Shown here: positions 49,908 to 63,900 of the stretch, in pieces | How the letters are laid out: each line of letters starts with the position of its first letter | Numbering within the stretch: the stretch's first letter is position 1 | Assembly (NCBI GenBank): GCA_973895155.1 | Contig: OZ316896.1 | Span: 22,711,722 to 22,775,721, forward strand | Reading direction: 5' to 3' | From: Marsupella aquatica | Lineage: Eukaryota; Plantae; Marchantiophyta | DNA: 64,000 nt | The notes under the pieces: generated by a model | Seen by the model: only the letters and a program-made list of their open reading frames with translations | The model's database searches: none | What the model was told of the DNA's origin: nothing | Program-made: the position numbers and the translations under genes

Positions 49908-52868
49908 AGTGAGAGCCTCCTCCTTTCGTCCACAGCACTCAGGTCACCCAGCTGAGTGGCCAACGCCCCCGCCTAAAACAATATGCCCAGAATCATAGCT
50001 CAGTCCTTCTCGTCATAGCCGCTCTCTTCCTCCCGGCGCCTCCTCAACGTATGGGTCCACAAAGCTGATGAGATTATAATAATACTGGACTCCTCGAGGC
50101 TACCCGACCACAATCTTTGCGGGTTTCAATTCATCTCCCTCCATTCTTCAGTTTCTTCCTCCGTACTGTCGTACCAGTCCAAACCCAGAGGTGGTAGTAA
50201 ACATTTTGGATGGATGCTCCTGCAGCACGCTTCACTGCCGCGACCAGAGCATTGAATGCAGTACTGAAGGGGGTGTGTACGCGCGCGAGATCCAAAATTC
50301 ACCTGGAAACTGGCTTCCAACGACCAGGAACAGAAACCCCAGGAGCAACGTTGGATGGCGATGCAAGCCTCTGCATCAAGTTGGAGCAAGTGCGTCCAAG
50401 AGAAGGAAGTACATCAAAGTGCTGGGATTGTATCAAACCGAAGGGAGTCTATCAAAGTGGAGGCACTGGATCGAATCGCAGGCAGTAATTCAAAGTGGAC
50501 TCAGTATATCAAAGTCGACGGAGAATAAGTCAAGTGGGTTCAATGCCAAACGAGGAGCTGGCTGGATGGATAGTGGCTCTCTTCTGTGCGGCAAAAAAAA
50601 ACCCACCAAAGAAAAATGAAAAGTCACGAAAGAAGCCGGCTAGTTGGATAATGGCTCTCTTTCTATGCGGCAAAAAAAACCCGCCAAAGAAAAAATTCAA
50701 AGGTCACATAAGAAGCCCCACAGAAGACGTGGTCTTCTACGACTGCCGAATTGCGGGTGCGCAATCAACGCTTCTTGATTAGACCATTCGGCACACACTT
50801 CATCTCCCACGCTTCAACAAAATGATCAAATGCGATTATGCGACAGCGGTGTCTCCTGCTGAAGGAGGCGAGACTTCAGCAGAGAAAACATGAGCGAACC
50901 CGAATTGAGAGCGTCTTTCGTTGACAGTAAATGAACAGACACTAAATGCTTCACTCTCTCTCATCAAAGTACCATCTGAATTGTCAATCATTTCCTGACA
51001 CTCCTGAACCAACTCGCTCATCAGCAATGTTATGTCTGTCCTTACGTCCAAGAGTCCAAATACTGCTCTGTATCTTCTGACTCACCTTCACGAGTATCAG
51101 TCGCCACTGTTAAGACCACTGACTGACCCCTTCAGACTGATGAGAACTGAGGCAACCCTGAGCTCAGCTCAATTCAGCTCAGGTACTCATCAATCCTCCT
51201 CTCGCCCTTACAGTGAACATATTTCAACCAAATACAACTTAGAGCGAATTTGACCACGGCCATCTTGTACCCTGCAGAGATCACTTTAGCTTCGCCTACT
51301 TGGCCCATCTTCAGAGACCAGCATCAGCAGCAAAGCTCCGTTCCTACCAAAATGGATTCCCAGGCTGATCCAAACCATCATTGGCATCTATGTCATCATC
51401 GTTATCTCCCGAGTGTCGGAGTGTGGAACGAAAGAATACCACTTTACTGTCCTTTGTATGTATCGGACTATCGTGTAATGAGTCACGTTTGTTCCCTTCT
51501 CCAGCCTGCACCTTACTATCATACCATTGGAGAGCAACAGCTCAGACGAGCTAAAGTGCTAAAGTGCTGCAAACCGAGGCAAAGGACAGGGACGGTAGCT
51601 GCAGAAGACGAGCCAATTCAAGGCCAGTCGAAATCAAATCAATTAGAAAGCAGGAAAGCAGGAAAGCACTCAGCCGTGTACAGTACTGCAAAGCGAGCAC
51701 GTCCAGACTTTGGAGGTAGGCGAACACGAGCTTTGACTCGTTCAACGGGGAAGATCATGCATGGCAAACCCGTTGCACGACTGACTTCGAACAAAATTGA
51801 CGACAACTTATTTTTGTGAAAGGACGATGCAGCTCTCGATGCAGCTCAGCGTAATTTGTTGTAAGCTTTTCGTTTCGTTTTGGGCAGAGTGCGAATGTTA
51901 CCTTGTGCGAAGGAGAAACACTTTGAATATAGATTATTTTCTGAGCATCAGATCTTCCCTGGATTTAATTGAGGGGTGACAGTTCGATTCTGGCTAAATA
52001 ATGGGCCTCTGGCGGTGATGGATCATAGAAATTCTTCATCAAAAGGAGCTCATTTTTTAGATAGGTGGAATCTAGCTAGTTGAGTGGTCCATAAGCTATC
52101 TCTGTTCCACCTTCGTGACATGTTGAGGCACTTTACATAATCAGTGAAGCAAGTTTGAGCAATAATCAGTGAAGTAGTATGAGCCAGAGTATAGGATAAT
52201 CTAGGTGGGGGGTGTCGAGTGGGCTGTAACCCCCTGCATAGAAATGTGAGAACAAGTTGACCTAGGGCACCCAGGCAGTTTTGTCAAACATTCTGGGAGC
52301 AGGGTGATGGACTATAATTGTTGTCTGGAAAAAAGGTCATCCTTTTCAGGGCACAAGATTTTGACTCCATCCATTTAAAATGCTCAATGGGAGAGCACAA
52401 ACTCCTAGAAATTCTCAAAGGGAGACCAATAGAAATGGGAGTAGAAATGGTTTCTGTGCAGTATTTTAAGTCTCCAACTGGCACCCACTTTGGAGTACCT
52501 GCGAAGTTGACAACCACCAATCTTGCAATGGACAGAGCTCCTCAGAAGAGGTTTACCATGGACTCCAGTCTAGAAAATGAGGCAACCATGTTACTGCCAG
52601 ATTGTAGGTATAATGATGTGTTCGTGCGTGCGTATGCATGTCTTGAATTTCTTTGAAACAAAAGTATTTTGTGCTCTCCCATTAAGCTAATCTAGGAGTT
52701 GAAGATTAGTGAGACTTGAAATATCCAACAACATGTCCAATCCATCTTTCATGTTGCTAAAGAAGAAATTGTGAGATTTTGGAAGACATACTTTTAATCA
52801 GTTTCAATATGACATTTTGTTTAAACCAAACAGTGAATTCGGAAGCCATTACACAGATTTGCTGTTTG

Positions 52869-53212
52869 TGTTGAGCATAGACGACATTCGTAACGGCAAG
52901 CCCATGAATCATCCAACGCACAATAGTCGACACAGAGAGATACGTGGTTCACCTTCACATGAGGCTACGTCCACGGGAACACACAAGAGCTTTACTGCAC
53001 TCTAGGCCAACCGGCCATACCAAGCATCCACAGCACAAGCTCTTCCTATCTCTCAACTAGCTCCGTAACAATGAGCCTAAGTTCCACCAGAGTCTGGCAT
53101 CAGCCCTGGCTTAATACACAACAGCACTACCGCTAACATTAGCTAAGTCCTAACCTGAGTTAGACTAACTGTAGTTAGCTCATGAGTCACAAGACTAGAG
53201 CAATATCTAACA
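52869..53212 (-). mobile_element. Solo LTR of the same copia family
   Basis: 344 bp, reverse complement highly similar to 22113-22456; TSD GTTTG at 52864-52868 and 53213-53217. Confidence 0.95.
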
Positions 53213-53929
53213 GTTTGCAGGGGGGGTATGACTCTCTTTTACGTTCACAAGGTTTCCAAGCCAAACAGGAGCTTGACTTGAATTACTAGATGATACAACT
53301 TATTGAGCAGAGTAAGATTTGACAATTTAATTCCACAAAAGTTTCAACATCCTCTTTTCCCAAACCTTTAGTCACTGTAATAGCTGTTTTCTTAAACTGC
53401 CCTTAAATAAGTTTTGTGGACTTGGACGACCTCAGTGTTTAGATACATGCAATGCTATTTGCTGTATGTTTTGAAGGATTGTTTATGGGAATGACTATGC
53501 CAGAAATTTGGGTTTAATATCCTATGCTGTGAATTTGCCTTTTAGGTTCCCAATCATCAGTTCTGTTCACTCTTCTTGTCCTTCTCTTGTGGCTGTTTGT
53601 TTTGAGATTACATGATGTGAGAATGTCACTTGAAAATTAAGGTGAAGGATTCAATTCATGAGAATGCCGCTGTTTGTACATGAGGAAGATGGATCCAGAC
53701 TTTGGCAGAGGATGAGTACTTTGTCAATTCATGTTGGTTTCTCTGCAAACTTTCATCCACTTTCCTCAGCTGCTGGGTCTTTTCTACCGGGAATGACAGG
53801 GTTTCCAGCTCTTCATCCATTGACGTGGATTGAAGAGGAGGTGCACAACAACTTCAATCAATTTCACATCGCCCCGAACTTGTGCCTATCATGGCTTGTT
53901 TTGGTTTGTTGAAATAACTATAGCAATGG

Positions 53930-54400
53930 TCACAAGTGGTGGTGAAACCAAGAAGCACAACTTGGTTTATGAATTTTTAGTGGGTTAGTATGGAGATGAT
54001 AGGTGGTTGGAGAACATGTGTATGACCAGGTCTACTCTTGGTGAGCTATGCAAGCTTCTGCAGCCATCACTCGTCAAGTGGGAGACAGCTTACAAGAGAT
54101 CTATTCTAATCTTTCCTAATGTAGTAGCTGCCAATTACAAACTCACATCTGGTGATGGTCCCATAAAAGTTTTGGAGAAGTTTGCCATTAAAAAACTTAT
54201 GCCCCGAGAGTGCTTTATGCACGGCTTTATGAGGTTTGTGAGGCCCTTGGCGAGCATCTAGGCAATTTGGTCTAGCTTCCTACAGGGAGGAATATACTGG
54301 TGGATGTCATGATGACCTTCCATGAGCAGTGTTGCATTCCTAACATTTCAGAATTGGTGGAAGTCACAGGTATATACATTGTGGCACCAAACACACTATT
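53930..54400 (+). pseudogene. PIF/Harbinger transposase relic
   Basis: WLENMCMTRSTLGELCKLLQP..VVAANYKLTSG..KFAI and FHEQCCIPNI..VEVTGIYIVAP resemble the Harbinger N-terminal HTH and the GxIDGTHI region; frameshifted. Confidence 0.65.
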
Positions 54401-57400
54401 TTACAAGATTACTACAAGTTACAAAACTACCTGGACTTGGCACAGACTTGGTATCCTACTTGGTATCATTCTCATCTTTCCTTGCAACAAATTACCATCA
54501 CTCAGATTAGAATTCTCTATCTGTTTAATAGTGAAGTCATGTGTAGAAGTCAGGTTTATTTTTGGCTTAATTAATGTGTATGGCGACTGCAATAGGTGTA
54601 GAGAGCATTATTTTGGATATAATAGTTGGGGACCTAGCCTGGAACCTTGTAGGTTTAAAGATGGCAGAGCTCCTTGCTAAATGGGACCATCGTCAGCATC
54701 AAGCCATCAAGTAAATCTGTATATTTGGAAGCATTCTATGAAATAGGAAACAAAAGTCCGGATGGACCGAGACATTGTCCATGCCCATCCCCATGGACAT
54801 CGCTTTTACACCAAAAAGAAAAAAGAACTGGGCGTGGATTGCAGTTGACAACTTTGACTACCTTGGGGAGAAAGTGGTCAAGACATCACGTTGATCCTGA
54901 GTAAGGGCATGACGTCATGACAACTTTCAGGTTCAAGGTTGTCAAGTCGTCAAGCTACCAAGGAAACCGGTTTGGTAATGTAATTGAAAACTACTGCAAA
55001 CAGCAAAGGAGACCGTTAACAGGTCACATTCCAGTCAAAAGTGTAAATAGTGTTATCTGAGTCAGTTTAAATGTTCTGAGCAAGTCCATCCAAGCTTCAT
55101 AGACAAAGTGGAGGTCCATCCGGGCTTAGTTTAATTCATGAAATAGAGAAGCTGTGTAAGAGATGGTTGGGGAGATAGCAATCCCATGCAAAGGGAAAGC
55201 CAAGGATTGTACTCTTAGTGGACAAAACTTTGGACCTACTCTAGAGGCCTTCTAATCTTTTGGCACAAAGTTTCCCTCTTGTAGGCTAGTTGGGTCTCAA
55301 TCTCGCACCCACTTTGAGTACTAAAATAAAAACATTAATTTTACAACCAGTCTAAGTTCTTGTGAGCCCCATTTGAGTTGGAATCAATCTCTACATGGTG
55401 AGACCCATTTGAGTGAGACTTGGTTCTCTACATGACATGACCAAGTGGACAAATCCCAATCCTACACGTACACCCACATTGGGTACTAAAACATTGACCC
55501 CACTCAAACCATCTACTCTAAGTTCTTGTGGGGCCCATTTGAGTTGGACATCACTCTCTACATGACATGACTGAGTCACAACCTTAGACCTACTCTAAAG
55601 GGTCTAGTCTTTTGGCACAAAGTTCCTATCTGGTAGGCTAAAAGCTGGGTCCCACTCAATTCCACTCAAGTCCAGATTGAATTTGCCAGTCCCTAAAGTG
55701 CCTCCCTTTTTTTGTCACGAGAAATGTTGTCACATGCTTGTAATGGATAGACTAGATTTCAGGCATCAACAAAACTCTCCCAAGTTACTGCCTACCCATT
55801 GTCTAAAGTGAGCTTCTAACAACAAAAGTGAAATATGGAAAGTGCCCAACAAGCTCTTCCGCCTTCTTGAAAGGCTTCTCTTTCTTCCTTTATGTCCAAC
55901 AGATTTTATTGCAATCTTAATGCCTGGGTGATTTTCTCTTTGTAATGGAGAAGAATGCAAGTACAGTCAATATTTGTTGGCTGAAACTTCTGTTATACTT
56001 TCACTCAAATTAGTAAAAGTAAAAATCCCTTAGACCTTTACACCACAAACTACCCAGGCATATATAAGGGGACAAGACTTCGAGCAAGACTTCTCTTTTT
56101 TCCACATTCCATGATTTACTTCTTTCCTCTAACTTTCCAGTCTGCTCCACTAATTCAGGAAAACATTATTGTTTCTAGTGAAATTTTGTGTCTATGGTAA
56201 TCCATAGCTCTTGAAGGGGCAGTTGTCGTTTAAGTGTAGTACGTAAAGTCCAATTACCAGAGCATTATGAGCAATAATAGTCTCCAAAAGAGAGCTACTT
56301 AAGTTTATTAAGGTCCTCTACTAGAGCATTAAGGGCAACTAAATATATAAATTGTATGTTTATCTTGTTTCATGAATGTTCATATCATTAATAACAAAAG
56401 TGAGATTGAAAACATCAATCGAACGGGCCCAACTAATTTCCGATATGTTAAGGGTGAAATGCAAGTTTCAGTTAATGAATACTGGTAGAACAAGTACCAA
56501 AATAGCTAAACAAGTACCAAAATAGCTAGGATTGGACAGAGTTTGTCAAATCCAGGTGGTTCAACACCTGTGTATATATGACCTGACCTTCTACCCTCCA
56601 TTGTCCAGGGACTAATTTCTTCCACCCAGTTGTTTGACTGAGTTGGTATAAACAGTGAAACTCAATTCAACTTATTTTAGGGATTGGGCATTAGGGTTAC
56701 AGCAATTCAGTTTCTGGTCAATTATATCACAGTGAGCTTGTTAGATCTTATTTGAGTTGGGGGCATGAACTTGTTTGAGCAAAGACTCCAACTCATTCTG
56801 TAAATTACTTCCATCATGCACACTCGTCTTTGCAACACCAACTTGTTTTATGAAGTTGTTTCAAAACTTGCTTAAAACTTGCTTAAAATTTGCTAATATC
56901 AAGTCCCAGGTCATTATCAAAAAACCACTTGAACTCCTGCAGTTGGTCTGCAACATGACATGTTTACACCTTACATCAAACACATCCAGTAATCTACTCA
57001 TGAGACCCACATTAATGTGATGAAGCAGTTTTGTGGCTCCTTAATAGATGCTGATTGAATCCCAGGTCCTGAACATTTAAAGTAAACTCAGATGCAACCA
57101 GGAGGAGTTTTGTGGCTCTTTAATACACTCTGATTGAATTAAAGGCCCTGAATATGTCAAGTAAGCTCAGATGCAACCAGAGGAAGCAGAGTTTGTCATT
57201 ACTTTCATATCTGAGATCAAAGAGAGAGACCCTGTTAGACTTTGTCAGGCCATACTGTAGTGGACATGGCATGGCAGGAGCTTTCAGGGTAAATTAATCT
57301 CCTTTGCCTAGCCAAGAGATAGAAGTTCCTTGACATGGTGCTGAAGGGTGAAGATAATTTGTCAAACAAACTGAAACTGACTCTTCAGCCAAAAGAAGAG

Positions 57401-57697
57401 AGGTATTGTAAGCTGCTAGGAAATAGGAGATTTGGCTAGCGGGGCAAAAAACAATGTAAGCGCGTCCAGGGCCAATTCCCATTATGTACCAATGTTTGTT
57501 TAATTAAGCCAATACATCTAGAACTGGACTCTTTTCCAAAAAAAAATCTCATCTGAAAACTGTTTGATGCACATATCCATCAGCCAAACTAGAGAAAGAT
57601 ATGTTGAATGATGTAAGATCTATCAAGGGTCTGGATCACTCAGGGTCTCACCAAGAAACACTTTTCATTTAGGGGGTCCATCAAGCATATACCTCCC

Positions 57698-58090
57698 CAA
57701 AACTAGATGGCACAGAACCCCCAAAATTAGATGGCACCTCCCTTAAACTAACTACAGTAGATGGCACAACCTCCCGCTAAACTAACTCAATGGCACAACC
57801 TCCCGCTAAACTAACTAGATGGCACATCCTCCCCTAAACTAACTAGATTGCACAACCTCCGGCTAAACTAACTAGATGGCACAACCTCCCTCTAAACTAA
57901 CTAGATGGCACAACCTCACGCTAAACTAACTAGATGGCACAACCTCCCCCTAAACTAACTAGATGGCTCAACCTCCCTTTAAACTAACTAGAATGCACAA
58001 CGTCCCGCTAAACTAACTAGATGGCACAACCTCCCCCTAAAATAACGAGATGGCACAACCCCCTAAACCCCCTAAACTACATGGCACAGA
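57698..58090. repeat. 29-bp minisatellite (CTAAACTAACTAGATGGCACAACCTCCCG), roughly 11 regular plus several degenerate units
   Basis: Direct tandem repeats. Confidence 0.92.
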
Positions 58091-58848
58091 AGCCAAGAGG
58101 GGACCAGTGAGACGAGACCGACAGGGCCAAAATTATGGGGGAACGGTACTAGAGAGCAAGAGGGGTGGAGCTTGACGGCCCCAAGATTTTCAACAGGCTC
58201 GCTCTCGTTCGATTTGCAGCCTTTCCTGAGCACGTACATTGAAGCTTACACCGTGAGCTTCAATGGCTATGGAAAGGTTGAGGGTTTTGCGGCGTGGCCC
58301 TCCAACAGCTGAGTTGTGAGACGGCGTGAGGAGACGCGAGCTTCACAAAATTAGGAACTGTTATTCAGGCTGTCGGTGGAGATATTTTCTCATGGATTTG
58401 CAGTAGTGCTTCGTGCTCAATTCATGATCCAAGCAATCAGCGGGCTGCCACAATGCAGAGCCGGCGACAGCTTCTGTGGGTGCTGCAAGGTGGGTTTCTT
58501 CGTTTGCTCTCCTATTCTTGGCTGCCAGTCTATTCTTCGCCCCATCTCTCAGTGCATTGTTTTCGTCTTCGTCTTGGGAATCCCTGCTGCGACATGGTCT
58601 GAGTAAGGTCCCGCGTTTATCTTTTCCTGAGGTTTGTATATGAGCCGGGATCTGTATTTTGGAGCACAGTAGCGTATCGGAGATGCCGGGCAAATTTTTA
58701 GGTTATGAGATTTAGGTCATGGTACGTAGCGGAATAAGATGAATTTGCCTACTGGGAGCTTTGATTTGGTTTGCGACCTGGGAGCTTAGTTTTAAAGTGT
58801 GAGGCCTTTGTAAACATAGTTAGCTTCTTCATTATTTCTTCCCCTCAG

Positions 58849-60282
58849 GTCACACTGTGCACCAAAAACTCCACGGAGAAATCGCTGCCTTTCGTAAGGC
58901 AGTGAGGATTGGTGGCACTATGGGAATAGTTTAGGACGTGTTTGTGAACGTTCGCCAGTTTAACGATCACCCGGGAAGATGTTTTTTATGGCTAGAGTAT
59001 CCAATTCTCCAATCTTAGTTTGCTAACTCCTTCCTCGGCCCGCTTCATCTTGCAGTAGACTTGGTCTTCAACAAGTGAGTATGGCGTCGTGAGATAGTGT
59101 TTAAATATCCAAGCAAGACCCTTTGGCTTCGCCGTGGGTGACATCGAGCACATGTGTGTGTAGATGAATTCTCGATTCGTTCAACAGTGCGATAGGAAAT
59201 CGAAGGTTACTCCAGTTTCTGTGTGCACTACGGATCCTCTGAATTGTTCCTGGATAGATTCGATTATTCAGTTCCCCAGTTCCGAAGATTCCGTCCACTG
59301 CCGGTAGATGCTATCCATCGAGCAGGTTGTAGAGTCGCTGGCACACATCATCGTATTGTACTAACTAGGTAGCATGTGAAGAAGTAGTGTTCACCACCTC
59401 ATACAGCGTTGAATGGGGATTGTAAATCTCCGTCCATTTGTACTATGTTTGGGATCATAGGAGTTACCCCGAGCGTTTGTCCTGTATTCAATTAGCAGAC
59501 AAATGCTCTTGTGTTGGTCTGATTCGGAGTTGAGATTGCAGAACGCAAGCAGGTCGCAACTGGTCCAAACTTATGGATCGAAGGACACCAGGTTTGGGGT
59601 CGAGTCGAGGCGAGGCGAGGGCTCTTACTTTCCAAGTTGTTGAGGAATTACCGGATGCTGAGAAGGTTGCCATGGGCCGAAAGGTAGAGAACACAGCCTC
59701 TTAACGTAATTATTGTCCGCTCCAAAATTATGTTTAGGTGTGTCGTAGGTGCGTGACATCCTTGAACTAGTCACTCATTGCTTTCTGAATCTGTAACTCT
59801 TTTTCCAACGTCGAAATGTGGTTGGAGAGCAATGTTTTGGTTCTCCTAAAGTTAATAGGGATGGTGTGACAGTGGCAAAGGCCTTTGCAAACTTGCCTAC
59901 GGATCCTGGTCCTCCTATTTGCACCTCGTTGAAATTCCCATTGTTCTTTCTTCTTTTAAGTATAGATGAATGCGACGTTGGAGGACCGAAAACATCTTTA
60001 AAACGAACTAGAAGTTGAGGGGGCCTTGAAGCTTGACCGAGGCTATGTATCTCCTTCTTTTATTTTAGTTGTTAAATCCCCAAAAGTTGTCAGTTCCAAT
60101 GACCCGGAGCATGGCAGCTTTGATTTAGGCTTGCTGTGGTGGGTTAGTAACACTTGTCAAATGATTGGGACAGATGCCTGCCCTACATCGTAGCACAAAA
60201 TGCTGGAGTGGAAGGAGCAGTTGTGGTGGGAAAGCTTCTGGAGCGGCAGAGCATAGAGCTTGGATACAATGAGGCAAGAGGT
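58849..60282 (+). pseudogene. Fragmented chaperonin-60 (mitochondrial HSP60-like) relic
   Basis: NVVGEQCFGSPKVNRDGVTVAKA (~59815-59885), EV.G.KLDRGYVSP (~60010-60060), NAGVEGAVVVGKLLE..LGYN..RG (~60195-60282); possible VTL..K exon start at 58849. Confidence 0.75.
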
Positions 60283-60926
60283 GTGTGACCTCTATATCTC
60301 TTACTACAAATGATTTCTTCATGTTCTGTTATGATTAGGGAGATGTAGCAGCTGCAAATAACGAGTGGTTTGCAGCACTGGCATTGTTGAATTAATCAAG
60401 CAATTACAGTCGATGAATTAGTAGTGCCTCGGTTAAGCGGCGTGGTTGGTGGGAAATTTGGAAGGATTCGGCTGTCACTATAAGTGTTGGTAACTGTAAT
60501 AGAAATTCTGGTGTAACTTGAGTTATGCATACCATGGAAAAGCCTTGGGAAACTGACTCTCATACAAACGGGCGAAAATTCCTCGTAGAGAAGGGAAAAC
60601 CTTTAGAAGAGAGCTCAACCCTGTCCTAATTAGCGGGATTTTCTTCAGTGAGAATGAATTTTTCGGGGAGTTATCCCTACTGGGTTTGATGTGGATGAAT
60701 CAACTCGTCTATGATGCCTAGGTAGGGTCCTAGCCCTAGAATCAGGGACTTACCGGTCTGCTATCTTGTTGTTAGCGTTGCATTGTAGAAATATGGTTGA
60801 CTTCAGAAACAAATAAATAACAATTCATTGCACCTCGTGCAGTCGCTTGCATTTTGTGCTGGTCGATCTGATCGTGGGTTGTGGTGTCCACAGAGGAAGC
60901 CCAGAACACCTGAGTTTAATCATAAG

Positions 60927-63900
60927 ATGACAAGGAAAGCACTTTGGGTAAATGGCTACTCTACTCCAGCATGGGTGAATGCGAGGCTCAAATTGATTAT
61001 TCAAGGCAGATTGCAATCTTGTGCGTATGGAATTGTGGGCCCCGTCATCCGGCAGATGTCTGGCGTGGCAAAAGTTTACAACCCGTGCCTACAGCGGGTG
61101 CAGCACGAGCTCGACTCATTTCGTGAGCAGTGGAGGCTTCAGAAGAATGCTGCCGGGAGGGAAGCTCAATCAGCACAGCCTGACTATAAAGGGGAAGCTG
61201 AAGCTCGCGCTGGTTATCAAAGTGTGGCAGGGCATGACAACCATGTAGCACAGCTGGAGGCACCATCCCATCAAACTCGCCCAGGAGCTGCCAAGTGGAG
61301 GGAAGCTGCAAAGATGATCGAGCAGAATCGGAACCTTTCACAGAAAGTCGTTGGTGGGATTGAATCACGTCAACAGAATACAGACAGCTTGAAAGTGCAA
61401 CTCGAACGAACAGGTGACATGAAAGCGAAATTAACCAGATGTATAACAGCGAACGGTGTCCAAGAAATTCGAGATCCGAAACCTCTATCCGGGGAGGAAG
61501 AGGAGCAGTCTTCAGCTATCTGTGAAGAAAGGGTGACTGAGAATTTAGGAAGGCAAGACATGATAACCGAGGAGCTGCTCAAGAGAGGAAATTTGAGGGA
61601 GGCAGGGCTCGAGTTGATTGGTCAAGGCGATTTGCGATCTCGTTCCGATTGTGGCAGCAGAGATTGGTCTCGAACCAGTGCACAACGGAATGGCGGTAGT
61701 GACATGCATAGCGCGGTGACCACGAGTCAAGCAATTGCTGTATTGCAGAATCGTCTACAACGAGGCATTATTACAAACTCGTACACATATGTTAAAGTTC
61801 TGCAGATGTGCTCAAAACAGAAAGACCTTTTAGCGGCGAAGCAGGTGCAAGACCACATCATCCAGAGTGGAATGGGTAAGAATCAATATGTGGCGATAAT
61901 CCTCCTGAATGTGTACATTAGATGTGGGGCATTGTTGGATGCACGCCGAGTTTTCGATCAACTTGGGAAGAAGAGTGTTATTACTTGGAACAAAATGATT
62001 GCAGGATATGCTAAGAGTAATCATACAGAATCTGCAGTAAAGCTTTTCAATCAAATGCGCCAAGAAGGCGTGCAGCCTAATGAGATTACATATCTGAGCA
62101 TCCTGAAAGGATGTTCCAGCCCATTATCTCTAACATACGGAAACGAAATTCATGAGCATATTCGACACGCCGGATTTGAATATGACGTGCGTGTAGGGAC
62201 TGCCCTCGTACTGATGTACTCAAAATGTGGGTCCATCACCGAGGCAAGGAAAGTTTTTGAAAAGTTGACCAATCGAAATGTCATTACGTGGAATGTTATG
62301 ATTCGAGCATACGCAGAACTTGGTCATGGTGTGGAAGCATACAGACTGTTTCTCCAAATGAGACGGGAAGGTTTACAACCAGATGCATTCACTTACGCGA
62401 GCATCCTGAATGCATCTGCAAGTGAAGGGGCTTTGGAATGGGTGAAGGATGTTCATGGCCAGGCTAGCAAAGCTGGAGTGGATTCAGATTTGCGTGTAGG
62501 CAATGCACTGGTTCACATGTATGCTGAGACTGGCAGTATAAATGACGCTCGACTGGTTTTTGACAGAATGGAGAAACGCGATGTAATCACGTGGAATGTA
62601 ATGATAGGAGGACTTGCACAACATGGATGTGGTCATGAAGCGTATCGAGTGTTTCTTCAAATGAGACAGGAAGGCTTTGAACCAGATGCATTCACTTATG
62701 CGAGTATTCTGAATGCATCTGCAAGTGCGGAGGCTTTGGAGTGGGTGAGGGAGGTTCATGGCCATGCTAGCAAAGCCGGACTGGAGTCGAATTTGCGTGT
62801 GGGCAGTGCACTGGTTCACATGTATGCAAAGAGTGGCAGTATAGATGATGCCCGTCTGGTTTTCGACAGAATGGAGAAACGTGATGTTGTCACATGGAAT
62901 ACCATGATTGGGGGACTTGCACAACATGGATCTGGGTATGAAGCATATCGAGTGTTTCTCCAAATGAGACGGGAAGGCTTTGAACCAAATGCATACACTT
63001 ATGCGAGCATTCTGAATGCATCTGCAAGTGAAGGGGCTTTGGAGTGGGGGAAGGAGGTTCATGGTCTTGCTAGCAAAGCCGGACTGGAGTCGGATTTGCA
63101 TGTGGGCATTGCACTCGTTCACATGTATGCAAAGAGTGGCAGTATAGATGATGCCCGACTGGTTTTCGGCAGAATGGAGAAACGCGATGTAGTCGCATGG
63201 AATGTAATGATTGGAGGACTTGCACAACATGGATGTGGGGATGAAGCATATCGCCTATTTCTCCAAATGAGACGGGAAGGATTTGAACCAAATGCATTCA
63301 CTTATGCGAGTATTCTGAATCCATCGGCAAGTGCGGGGGCTTTGGAGTGGGTCAAGGAAGTTCATGGCCACGCTAGCAAAGCCGGACTGGAGTTGGATTT
63401 GCGTGTGGGCAATGCACTCGTTCACATGTATGCAAAGAGTGGCAGTATAGATGATGCCCGACTGGTTTTCGACAGAATGGAGAAACGCGATGTAGTCACA
63501 TGGAATGTTATGATAGGACGACTTGCACAACATGGATGTGGGCATGAAGCATTTCGAGTGTTTCTCCAAATGAGACGGGAAGGCTTTGAACCAAATGCAT
63601 ACACTTATACGAGTCTTCTGAATCCATCTGCAAGTGCGGGGGCTTTGGAGTGGGTGAAGGAGGTTCATGGCCACGCTAGCAAAGCCGGACTGGAGTCGGA
63701 TTTGCGTGTGTGCAATGCACTGGTTCACATGTATGCAAAGAGTGGCAGTATAGTTGACGCCCAACAACTTTTTGACAGACTGGGGAAACGCGATGTAATC
63801 ACATGGAACATAATGATCGGTGGACTTGCACAACACGGACATGGGCATGAAGCCCTGGAGCTTTTCAGAAAAATGATTGCAGACCATGTGAAGCCCATCG

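Noticed and set aside
50126-52800. Short ORFs, an ~80-bp direct repeat (50555-50695) and a faint gypsy integrase-like patch near 52700
   Set aside because: No convincing motifs or splice structure; too degenerate to call
55225-57190. Scattered short direct repeats (55230-55660, 56488-56528, 57025-57185)
   Set aside because: Local duplications in decayed intergenic DNA with no termini, TSD or coding signal
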